The notes beneath the pieces were generated by a model. It searched no databases. It was not told the DNA's origin and saw nothing but the letters and a program-made list of their open reading frames with translations. A stretch of 64,000 nucleotides of DNA. It comes from Octopus sinensis. Lineage: Eukaryota. The stretch is from positions 8,804,001 through 8,868,000 of the forward strand of contig NC_043005.1 in assembly GCF_006345805.1 (NCBI RefSeq), given 5' to 3'. Below, in pieces: positions 1-11,328 of this stretch. The translations under genes were made by a program, and so were the position numbers. How positions within the stretch are numbered: position 1 is the stretch's first letter; each line of letters begins with the position of its first letter.

Positions 1-54
1 CCATCCACCGCCGCATATCACAAATTACATCTTTATTTTAAATATTTCCATCTA

Positions 55-458
55 CAGGAGTGGCTGTGTGGTAAGTAGCTTGTTAACCAACCACATGGTT
101 CCGGGTTCAGTCCCACTGCGTGGCATCTTGGGCAAGTGTCTTCTGCTATAGCCCCGGGCCGACCAATGCCTTGTGAGTGGATTTGGAAGACGGAAATTGA
201 AAGAAGCCCGTCGTATATTATGTATATATATATATGTGTGTATATATGTTTGTGTGTCTGTGTTTGTCCCCCTAGCATTGCTTGACAACCGATGCTGGTG
301 TGTTTACGTCCCCGTCACTTAGCGGTTCGGCAAAAGAGACCGATAGAATAAGTACTGGGCTTACAAAGAATAAGTCTCGGGGTCGATTTGCTCGACTAAA
401 GGCGGTGCTCCAGCATGGCCGCAGTCAAATGACTGAAACAAGTAAAAGAGTAAGAGTA
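55..458 (+). mobile_element. tRNA-derived SINE, family A (internal TA/TG microsatellite, AAAAGAGT-type tail)
   Basis: Pol III A-box-like TGGCTGTGTGG and B-box-like GGTTCAGTCCC head; near-identical copies at 672-1120, 10613-11060, 33795-34210, 48311-48598, 56676-57062. Confidence 0.9.
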
Positions 459-671
459 CACTGCCTTGCAAGAATAAAAAAATTAATTGCAATTTTTTCT
501 CTCTTCTGTTTCAGACGAAAGACTGGACACTGAAACGAAAAGTCTTCCTTCATCACAATATTTAAAGCAATCAGACTTTCCCAATGACTATCATTTGGAG
601 TAACTACTGACCACGCAAACCATCACTAGTATCTCATATTCTGATTTTAATGTTGTTGTTATTATTGTTGT

Positions 672-914
672 TACTCTTTTTCTCTTTTAATCTTGTACTT
701 GTTTCAGTCATTTGACTGCGGCCATGCTGGAGCACCGCCTTTTAATCGAGCAAATCGACCCCAAGATTTATTCTTTGTAAGCCCAGTACTTATTCTATCT
801 ACTTATTCTATCGGTCTCTTCCGCCGGACCGCTAAGTGACGGGGACGTAAACACACCAGCATCGGTTGTCAAGCAATGCTAGGGAGACAAACACAGTCAC
901 ACAAACACACACAC

Positions 915-956
<42 letters not shown>

Positions 957-1120
957 GACAGGCTTCTTTCAGTTTCCGTCTACCAAATCCACTCACAAGG
1001 CATTGGTCGGCCCGGGGCTATAGCAGAAGACACTTGCCCAAGATTCCACGCAGTGGGACTGAACCCGGAACCATGTGGTTGGTTAGCAAGCTACTTACCA
1101 CACAGCCACTCCTGCGCCTA
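672..1120 (-). mobile_element. SINE family A, full length
   Basis: Reverse-complement copy of 55-458; head ends ...CACAGCCACTCCTGCGCCTA. Confidence 0.9.
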
Positions 1121-1579
1121 TTTGTTGTTGCTGCTGTTGTTGTCATCGGTTGCTGTGTTTTTTTTAATTCATAATCGTGGACGTTTGACCCATGATCACT
1201 ACGAGTGTATTTTTCAGATTTACAGGTAGCATTATCCAATGAACCCATTTTCCAAATACGGCACGGCTGGATTTTGTGGAGATCTAATTGTTATTACCAG
1301 TCAGTCAGTAAAACTGGATGTTGTTGCTAGTTACTTCTGAAGCTAACCTACTTACGTTGTCTCATGATCAAAAGTATTTCTACCTGTTTTACTATCTAAA
1401 AGTACATGATGGCTAGGTCTTTCATTCATATTTTTAGACTATAGTGCATAATGTACAAACGGGTCCACTGAGTACATACTATTTAGTCTGCAAAACTGTT
1501 TGACGCAGATGTTATTCAGATATGAACAGGGATAAAAGTATGATATCTGAAGCTCACATTGCTGTTCCTGTTTGTATAA

Positions 1580-1643
1580 ATCTACGTTCAGAGTTAATTT
1601 ATGAGAATATAATAATAATAATAATAATAATAATAGTAATAAT

Positions 1644-1690
<47 letters not shown>

Positions 1691-1816
1691 TAATGATGAT
1701 GATGGTGATGACGATAATGATGATGATGATGTTGATGATGATAATAATAACAATAATAATAATAATAATAATATAATAATAATAATAATAATAATAATAT
1801 AATAATAATAATAATA
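1580..1816. repeat. (AAT)n/(GAT)n compound microsatellite
   Basis: Direct sequence; source of poly-Ile/Leu/Tyr pseudo-ORFs. Confidence 0.95.
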
Positions 1817-2048
1817 AAGTGCAAAAGATTGTCTTAACTGGTACATCACACGTATTGAGAAGAGCATTGTCGATGTGAGAACTGTTGCTGCTCATGTATT
1901 TTAATTTAACTTTAAAAAAAAAAATAATGAACGAACTACTGAGTTTGGTTTAATGGCCTACCAATGTATACTATGAGTTTCTTTGCCCTAGGAGTCGGGA
2001 AGACACTCGGCAAGAAATGGACGCAAATTTGAAAGAAGAAGAAAAAAG
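1817..2048 (+). mobile_element. R4/Dong non-LTR retrotransposon family A, short 3' fragment
   Basis: Encodes (E)VQKIVLTGTSHVLRRALSM* plus the same 3' UTR as 3436-3670; flanked on both sides by (TAA)n. Confidence 0.9.
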
Positions 2049-2069
2049 TAATAATAATAATAATAATAT

Positions 2070-2560
2070 TTTCATTGTGCAAAATCATATTGTGGAGATT
2101 GGTCTTCTGATTCATGTTGCAGCCTCAGTCGACAAAAACACTGAGCAAATATTTTAAAAACTGATGAAATATAAAAAAAAAACAAACAAAAAATAAACTG
2201 GAGATTAAAATCGGAAGAATATGGCATCACCAAACAACATTATCTATTATTGATGGGGCTCTTGAAATAACGCCAAGAGAAGCAAACAAGTACGTAGACT
2301 TAAACCCGAGCAGCCCCACAATAAGCGAATCACACAGGGTCATACTCATGTGTAACTCACATAGCCTACGTATATTTCGTCTGCATGCGCATGCGCCCTT
2401 GTTTACTCGGTAGTTTTTCTCCCACAGACATCCGTGTGGCCAATTGCATGGCAATTTGCTTCCTAGAATCAGATGCAAAACCTTGTTCTCACTTGATGTC
2501 TCACTTGATGGAAACTTGGATGCAACTCGTATAAATTAAAGTAAAACCAAAACAACAAAA
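2070..2560 (+). mobile_element. Decayed R4/Dong 3' end, divergent family C (not in ORF track)
   Basis: 2074-2176 reads IVQNHIVEIGLLIHVAASVDKNTEQIF*KLMKYK and 2198-2371 reads LEIKIGRIWHHQTTLSIIDGALEITPREANKYVDLNPSSPTISESHRVILMCNSHSLR. These align by eye to DIVVKDQNNRVCLLIDMSIP...KLRKYKDLLIEIEKMWHLK..IVGALG...VLTGTSHVLR of family A. Confidence 0.7.
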
Positions 2561-2600
2561 ACAACAACAATAACAATAATAATATTAATGATAATATTGA

Positions 2601-2636
<36 letters not shown>

Positions 2637-2637
2637 C

Positions 2638-2672
<35 letters not shown>

Positions 2673-2691
2673 TAATAATAATAATAATAAT

Positions 2692-3670
2692 AAGGTGAAA
2701 ATAATGGCAACGAAAAAAGCGCACGAGCACTTGGCTGATAGGTGGGAGGAAAAACCTCTGCACGGCAAATATGTGGCCCGCAACAAACAAGCTGATGTTG
2801 TCCAAAAGCAAACCCATCAGTGGCTACGGAGCTCAGGGCTAAAAGCAGAGAGCGAAGGTTTCATCCTGGCTGCTCGAGACCAAAGCCTATTAACCCGGAA
2901 CTACCAGGCCAATGTGATGAAAAATGGAGCAGACCCAAAATGCCGATTCTGCAACGATATGATTGAAACAGTGGACCACCTAATCTCTGGATGTAAAGCA
3001 CCAGTGGAGTATAAATTAAGACATGACAGAGTTGGCCAATATCTACACTAATAAGTCAGCATTACAATATCAAAACTGCCGACAAGTGGTATAATCACCA
3101 CCCTGAGGCTGTAACTGAAGGAGAAAATGTAACCATTCTGTGGGACTTTCCAGTACATACAGACCGAAACATCAAGGCCAATAAACCAGATATTGTTGTG
3201 AAAGACCAAAACAATAGAGTTTGCTTATTGATCGACATGAGCATCCCCTGTGATCATAATATCTCAGCGAAAGAGCTTGACAAGCTCAGAAAATATAAAG
3301 ACCTACTCATTGAAATTGAGAAAATGTGGCATCTCAAGGCGGTTACAATACCAATGATCGTAGGAGCACTAGGAATGATCAAGAAGGGAACCGAAAATTA
3401 TATGAGAATGATCCCTGGCTTACCATCCCTGCAAGAAGTGCAAAAGATTGTCTTAACTGGTACATCACACGTATTGAGAAGAGCATTGTCGATGTGAGAA
3501 TTATTACTACCCATGTATTTTAATTTAACTTTAAAAAAAAATTTAAAAAGTGAACGAACTATTGAGTTTAGTTTAATGGCCTATCAATGTATACTATGAG
3601 TTTCATTGCCCTAGGAGTCGGGAAGACACTCGGCAAGAAATGGAAGCAAATTTGAAAGAAGAAAAGAAAG
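2692..3670 (+). mobile_element. R4/Dong non-LTR retrotransposon family A, 5'-truncated (CCHC knuckle + restriction-like endonuclease)
   Basis: ORF pieces 2695-3051 and 3198-3497: CRFC..ETVDHLISGC, RHD, KPDIVV...LIDMSIP, K..KY.DL; stop/frameshift near 3050; ends in (TAA)n. Confidence 0.93.
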
Positions 3671-3693
3671 TAATAATAATAATAATAATAATG

Positions 3694-3760
<67 letters not shown>

Positions 3761-3762
<2 letters not shown>

Positions 3763-4539
3763 TCCCAGCAATGGTTGAGAAGCTCAGGACTCAAAGCAGA
3801 AACAGAGGGATTTTTAATTGCAGCACAAAACCAAAGCATCCCCACCAGAAATTACCAAAAACATGTAATGAAAAGAAATATTACAAGTAACTGCAGAATA
3901 TGTGGAGATGGACAAGAAACAATAAATCATATTATCTCTAGCTGCCCAGTCCTGGCTAAGAAGGAATATATTCACAGACATGACAGAGTTGGAACCTACA
4001 TACATTGGAAGCTATGCCAACATTATGGAATAACAACAGAAAAAAGATGGTATAGGGACACACCAGAAAAGGTCACAGAAAACGAGAAAGCAACCATACT
4101 CTGGGATATGCCGATACACACAGATAGAGAAATTAAGGCCAACAGACCAGATATAGTTGTCAGAGATCATGAAGAAAAAAAATGCTTTCTAATTGATGTA
4201 TCAATACCGGCAGATGACAACGTGTCTCTAAAAGAAATGGAGAAACTCTCAAAATACAAAGACCTGGAAATAGAGGTAACTAGAATGTAGAACCTGAAAA
4301 CAGAAACAATTCCTATCATAGTAGGTGCATTAGGCATGATAAAAAAATATTCAAACAAATACATAACAAAAACAAATATAACATACAGAAAATTGCACTA
4401 CTAGGCACTGCACACATCCTACGCAGAACACTTTCCACACAATAACCATCAGAGCATCACAACAAATCACAGCACATACCCAAGGCACACAGAGCTGCGC
4501 TCGGTAGTGAAGTGAGAGCACGCTATAAAAATAAAACTA

Positions 4540-4542
<3 letters not shown>
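3761..4542 (+). mobile_element. R4/Dong family B, 5'-truncated (CCHC + RLE)
   Basis: CRICG...ETINHIISSC, RHD, LWDMPIHTDREIKANRPDIVV, LIDVSIP, KYKDLEIE; 3' UTR ends ATAAAACTACTG-(AAT)n. Confidence 0.93.
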
Positions 4543-4624
<82 letters not shown>

Positions 4625-4627
<3 letters not shown>

Positions 4628-5127
4628 GCCCTGATGCAGCATCAGGCAGTGCCTCTCACGGATTCTGATATTAACCGATTAGAAATGTTATCATGTACAT
4701 TGTTTTGTCTTGGTACAAGAAATAGACTACAGTTGTTTGACCTTAACCCGTTGAGCATGTTCTGTGGTGGCTGACAATATGTGCATCAGTGATCACAAGC
4801 AGAAATTGTTGGGTAGGATCATAGACATGTGCCGAGAGGAAGTCTTTGGTATTTAAAAATTCACCTCTGGAGACATGGGTGTTTCGTTCAACATCCTTAA
4901 ACAACCCTTATTCAAGGACCATTTGAGCGGGATGGGCTACTCAACCTGAAGAAAATTCCAACTGGGCCCCAGCTTAAAGATCATGTGCTGTTTATCTTCG
5001 TATGCGATCACCATTTCGCGCACATACGATTGTTTTGCATGTGTCCTGTGTACCCTCATGCTGGACATACGGGGTTTCGTATATTTTAACCCCAGTTTCA
5101 CTTTGATGGTATGCATTGCTAACACTC
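4625..5127 (+). mobile_element. Putative non-coding interspersed element inserted in (TAA)n
   Basis: ~500 bp of non-repetitive sequence bounded exactly by (AAT)n on both sides within a LINE stack; no recognisable ORF; single copy in window; strand inferred. Confidence 0.45.
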
Positions 5128-5198
<71 letters not shown>

Positions 5199-5215
5199 TA
5201 ATGATCATGATGATG

Positions 5216-5265
<50 letters not shown>

Positions 5266-5296
5266 TATAATAATAACAATAATGATCATGATGATG

Positions 5297-5345
<49 letters not shown>

Positions 5346-5352
5346 TAATAAT

Positions 5353-5866
5353 AGAAAAAAGATGGTATAGGGACACACCAGAAAAGGTCACAGAAAACGA
5401 GAAAGCAACCATACTCTGGGATATGCCGATACACACAGAGAAATTAAGGCCAATAGACCAGATATAGTTGTCAGAGATCATGAAGAAAAAAAATGCTTTC
5501 TAATTGATGTATCAATACCGGCAGATGACAACGTGTCTCTAAAAGAAATGGAGAAACTCTCAAAATACAAAGACTTGGAAATAGAGGTAAACAGAATGTG
5601 GAATCTAAAAACAGAAAAAATTCCTATCATAGTAGGTGCATTAGGCATGATAAAAAAATATTCAGACAAATATATAACAAAAACACCAGGACTTACAAAC
5701 ACATATAACATACAGAAAATTGCACTACTAGGCACTGCACACATCCTACGCAGAACACTTTCCATACAATAACCATCAGAGCATCACAACAAATCACATC
5801 ACATACCCAAGGCACACAGAGCTGCGCTCGGTAGTGAAGTGAAAGCACGCTATAAAAATAAAACTA

Positions 5867-5869
<3 letters not shown>
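5353..5869 (+). mobile_element. R4/Dong family B, shorter 5'-truncated copy
   Basis: Near-identical to ~4038-4542; KYKDLEIEVNRMWNLK...GTAHILRRTLSIQ*; (AAT)n tail. Confidence 0.93.
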
Positions 5870-5930
<61 letters not shown>

Positions 5931-8484
5931 TAATTACTCTAACAGTGTTTACGTATTATTGCGTGGCATCAAGAGTTATTGTCGTTCCATCTGTTTGGAT
6001 AGATAAGTAGAGAAAACCGATAAATGTTGGAGTAAAAAAAATATATGCCGTGCATCCAGCCAGTGTTGTATTAAATGGTGGAACGAAAGTAGTTTCGTAT
6101 GTGTAGTGTTTAACAGAAGAGAGTGTGAGTGGGGAGTGAATGTCGTTAATGCACCGAAATAATTAGTTTTCTTAGAGAAATGAGGAAGAGAAGGTGTGAG
6201 TGGAGTAGATAGTAGTGAGACGACCAGAGTGTTTTGCATACGTATCAGAGGGAGAGTAAATGTGTGAATTAGAGGATAAACTAATGAAAATTTGACGATG
6301 TAAATAACGTACCGAAGCTATATGGAAGCTTTTCCACCGTGACCACCACGACATTTTTTAATATATGATACGCTGCATTGATAAAGTTCTCGTCATTTCA
6401 TAGCTGTTGTGATAACTTGTTTGCATTTTTTTTGTTTTGTTATAGAAGACCGAGCCAACGCTTAGAGGCTTTCTTGGTAGTTGGTAAAATTGTATGTTTT
6501 CTCTTTATGCGTCACATGATTTAGAAAAAATTATGTCTCTAGGGAAAATTATATTTTACTATCTCCTCCGATCTGATATAATTTAGAATATTTGTCCTTG
6601 ACTCATCGCGACCCTCTATTTTTTTTTTATTTCTAATCAATTTGATGGCCTTCAAGTGTAATATTTCAACGTAATCGGTGTGATGACCTACAATAGTTAT
6701 TTCGATATGTCTGATTGTTATCGCAAATGTTATGCATTCTACGGAAGGAAAAAAATCAATAATGTAATACCAGATATTTATCAATAACTATGGACAGCGA
6801 TGATATTACAGTCGTTAATAACATTACATTTCACGCGGATGGTGTGTGGGGTGGTATTATTACTGAAGAGGCGGACGAAAAACATTGCGCTCACCAGGTA
6901 ATGCTTATTTTCATACTGAGTTCATATCTTACTGGAATCGTCTTTCGGTTTTTCCCTCTTCAGGAGTTGAATTAAAGATAAATACTGGGTCAATGCAGCA
7001 TTTGAAACCTTGGGACAACTTCAGAAATCAGTAGTATATTTCATGCAGATGGTGATGGCGTTAGAGGAAAAAGGGTGAACGAAAATGCAAAGAAGTTGCT
7101 GACGACATTTGCATTTTGAGTTCAAATTCCACTCCTTGTAATATCATGTATCTGCACTTTAGAATTGGTAAAATAGGAAAAAGTACTAGGGTTAATTTAA
7201 ACCAATATAAACTCGCTGCCAAGCGCGTCGCTGTTAGCTATTTATATCAATATAAGCGATGAGTATCAATAGATAGCCGGACTAAATGGATTGCAATATT
7301 TATTTACGTCTTGTTAGATACAAGTCAAAATCTGTCAGGATCAAATTTGTCTTCCATTCATGTACTGAGATTTTGCTAATCAAAATTGTTTTGTAAAACT
7401 GATAACCTTTCCAAGCATTTAGAGTAGTAGGTGGTAGAATAAGTAAATCGCCAGACAAAAACGTTTCGCCATTTAATTAGGTCTGTTACTTTCTGAGTTT
7501 CACACGGAAATGTCATGGGTCGATTTTGTCTTTAATATTTCCCTGATTTTCTTTCTATGTCAATTACGAATAAGCTTCTTTCATGACAGAATAGGCAAAG
7601 TGGCCAACAAAATAACCATTAGTTATAAAATTACATCTTTATGCATGCAGATATTGAATCGCCACTAGATGATCAATACCTTTCATCCTTCATGGGTTGA
7701 TAAAATTATATTAGTGAAATACTGGGATTAATATTACCCATAAAGCACATCTTCCGAAGTGTCAGACCTTATATCAAATTTAGATATACATATTACAACA
7801 TCTGTCTGAACCGTCGTTGGCTGAATCATAATAATCTACCGACAACTAACGTTTCATAACTCACAGGTCAATAACTTGTACAACGCAATAATTGACGCCA
7901 CTTGAATCGACTTGTATTCATTCATGAAAGATTATGTCCTCATAGGAAGTGAAAGTAAACAAGGTAATGGTCAAATAAGTAGGTAGAAAGGTTGTGGAGT
8001 ATTTACATTAAATTCTTTAGAAATTTTAGATGAAACCCTATTAGAGATGGCTTCAACTTGAATCCTCCTGAGGTCGAAGAAATAAGGATCGCTGCTTTAC
8101 GACAGTATATCACAAAATTTGAGTCCTTTCCTCCAAAATCTATGATAAGTTCCCGCACCAGAACTCGGCATTACCATCATTATTTATTACGTCTTTTGGC
8201 TTACTTTCTTTTGGCATATTTGCTTTAGATTTTTCAGGGTTTCATAAAATATGTACTGTTGTCGAATCAATGTTTTAAATCAATTAATCAAACTCATAGA
8301 TAGAGTGTGCATATCTTGCTACAACAATCTGGTGCATAAACAAAAGATATGATATTTGTTTTTCCCTAGTTGCAGGGTTGCAGTGGCACTGCTTCCCTCT
8401 CATCAGTTTGAATACACAGAAACATTGTTTAGTTATCTGGTAAATTGTAAGCAACGGTATAATCCTTCACCTAATGTATATTAG

Positions 8485-8695
8485 TGATTTCAAATTTTGG
8501 CACCAGACCAGCAATTTCAGGGACGAGACTAAGTAAATTTCACTGATCCTAGTATTCAACTGGTATTTATTTTATTGACCTCCGAAAAGATGAAAGGCAA
8601 AGTCCACCTCGGCAGAATTTGGAGTCAGAACATAAAGGCGAACGAAATATCGTTAAGTATTCGGAGTGCTAACGGTTCTACCCAGTTCGCCGCCT
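8485..8695 (-). mobile_element. SINE family B, diverged copy
   Basis: Reverse complement has AGGCGGCGAACTGGG..TTAGCA head and GACTTTGCCTTTCATCTTTTCGGAGGTCAATAAAA body, matching 27211 and 36249 copies. Confidence 0.75.
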
Positions 8696-10084
8696 GACGT
8701 AAAATGTATATTAAACATGGAAACTGTATTAAAGTTATCCTTTTACTATAAATCAAATTGATAGAAAACTTATTATTGATAGAGCATAACATGCATAATT
8801 GGTTGATTAAATTATTTTCTTGGTTTGTTATTAGCATTAGAGTTAACATTAATTTCCTCACATTAAGTATTACGACCTTCATTATTATCACCACGATTGT
8901 TCCACAATGAATTGTCAATATTTTTACAAATACAAGAGAAATTCTACAATAAATGTTATCAGATTGGGTGCTTTCAGTGACTGAGGGACGTTATTCTGAT
9001 ATCTATCTCCTATGAACATATTTACAATGTCGTATTATGACAAAGCGTAGATTATGTCCCGTCAGTTCAAATGTCGATAAGGTGACGGACTTTACCTTGA
9101 TGCTAACCTAGAAAAGATACAAATATTTTTATTGCAACAGATGAGGTATCAATATTCCTTTAAACACTCAACATATAGTAGATTTGATTGCGATTAGAGC
9201 TGGTGCAGACTCTTGACGGCGAGGAATACATCAGATTATACTAAGGATAGTCGTAGATGAGAGCAATATGTCAGAATCTCATTTTCTCAGTAAGAACGAA
9301 CTAGATGGAAAGGTCCTTTCCTTCTTTCCACAACTCATTGATATATCATTCTCATACATTAAGCTTTCTATCTCTGATTTGAAGCATTTATTTTATTTCA
9401 TTATTCAAATTTTGCAACGCATATCTGGTGTATTTCTCAACATGACCCTAAAGCAGCCACTAAAACTCATAAAAGGACCAAGGTTTCATTCCTCATATAT
9501 TTAGAATTGTTGTGTTGTTCCTGTATGAAAGAATATTTCATTACGTAACACACATCCAAGATACAATACAGCTGTCAATTTCATGTGATAAAAATATTCA
9601 ATGGGTGAATAAAATCTTATTAGGGAATGAAAATCCATGTTGTTAACGAAGTACCTACATTTGATCTAGACACTTGAATATCTTGAGTACTTGACATTAT
9701 CTCAAGATATTTCAAGTGCCTTTGTCAGGTATAATTGAAACCCCATTGAATCTTTGTCGAATAACGCTGGCATTAGTGTTTAATTTGTGATGCAGCAGAT
9801 ATTTTGCTTGCTCCATCTCTTCTTGTGAGCTGCATTGTATCGAAATGAAACGAAATATTTGATCAGAGATGACACGTCGACCGTTTTGTCTGACGATTAC
9901 CATAAAACTTTGGTTGAGAATATCTACACTCACAGATAATTGACTTGCGGTGAAGCTAAATACACATATATTATGAATCTTATACTAGCATACTCACGCA
10001 CACTTGCCTATAAATTGCGTGTGAACATGGGTGTGTGTATTTGTATGTTTCTATGTGCTTGTCTGCATACGTATATATAAATAA

Positions 10085-10119
<35 letters not shown>

Positions 10120-10612
10120 CGTGTGTGTGTGTACATGTATGTCTGTGTCTGACTATGTATGCTTACATGCAAGCATGTATGTATATTCGATCTTTCCTGT
10201 GCGTGCACTTCTTGGGTTTAGATGTATAGATCTCATATATAATAAAAGTTATGCAGCAGTGAGTTTGCTAAAGCGGAAATTAATAGAGAGACGCTGCCCT
10301 TCCGACGTAGTTTTAATGTCGGCAACAATATAAGTGATACTAAACTGCAGAAAAGCAATTTTATAACTGTGCTTAACCCTCTCAAATCCTCGCCGGTCTG
10401 AAATGTGTGATGTTTCTAATGGAACAATACACTGGAAAATCTAGACCTACGTTTATAAGTTTGCATATGTGTATGTATGTATGTATGTTTGTTTGTACTT
10501 ATCTGCACATGTGTATATGTGTGCATACACGTTTAAATTCATGTTCCTTCGTGTGTGAATTTATCTCGATTCAAATATGTGTGCCTACATGATATATATA
10601 TATATATATATA

Positions 10613-10779
10613 TAGGCGCAGGAGTGGCTGTGTGGTAAGTAGCTTGCTCACCAACCACATGGTTCCGTGTTCAATCCCACTGCGTGACACCTTGGGCAAG
10701 TGTCTTCTACTATAGCCTCGGGCCGACCAATGCCTTGTGAGTGGATTTGGTAGACGGAAACTGAAAGAAGCCTGTCGTA

Positions 10780-10820
<41 letters not shown>

Positions 10821-11058
10821 TATATATGTATGTGTGTGTGTGTGTGTTTGTGTGTCTGTGTTTGTCCCCCTAGCACTGCTTGACAACCGATGCTGGTGTG
10901 TTTACGTCCCCGTCACTTGGCGGTTCGGCAAAAGAGACCGATAGAATAAGTACTGGGCTTACAAAGAATAAGTCCCGGGGTCGATTTGCTCGACTAAAGG
11001 CGGTGCTCCAGCATGGCGACAGTCAAATGACTGAAACAAGTAAAAGAGTAAAAGAGAG

Positions 11059-11060
<2 letters not shown>
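10613..11060 (+). mobile_element. SINE family A, full length
   Basis: Same head, body and tail as 55-458. Confidence 0.9.
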
Positions 11061-11098
<38 letters not shown>

Positions 11099-11100
11099 TA

Positions 11101-11328
11101 TGTGTGTGTGTGTGTTTGTGTGTCTGTGTTTGTACCCCTAGCACTGCTTGACAACCGATGCTGGTGTGTTTACGTCCCCGTCACTTGGCGGTTCGGCAAA
11201 AGAGACCGATAGAATAAGTACTGGGCTTACAAAGAATAAGTCCCGGGGTCGATTTGCTCGACTAAAGGCGGTGCTCCAGCATGGCGACAGTCAAATGACT
11301 GAAACAAGTAAAAGAGTAAAAGAGAGTA
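11101..11328 (+). repeat. Tandem duplicate of the 3' half of the preceding SINE A (period 268 bp)
   Basis: Shares copy-specific variants CTAGCACTG, CACTTGGCGG, CATGGCGACAG with 10833-11060. Confidence 0.9.

Noticed and set aside
282-533. Recurrent short ORFs MTTDAGVFTSPS..., MLGGQTQT..., MVVIPAVLF..., MFIERKHLK...
   Set aside because: They recur because they are read through SINE families A and C, not because they are a gene family
505-550. CAGACGA...GAAACGAAAAG hammerhead-like spacing
   Set aside because: Core mismatches, no UH triplet, weak stems
1439-1895. Long poly-Ile/Leu/Tyr/Asn/Met ORFs here and at 5116-5481, 18735-19176, 50420-51149, 61182-62092, plus (YI)n, (CV)n and (HT)n ORFs throughout
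   Set aside because: Trivial translations of tri- and dinucleotide microsatellites; no domain content
9712-9960. 73-aa+ minus-strand ORF (VDILNQSFMVIVRQNGRR...) with a possible upstream acceptor
   Set aside because: No recognisable domain and no convincing donor; cannot be supported without homology search
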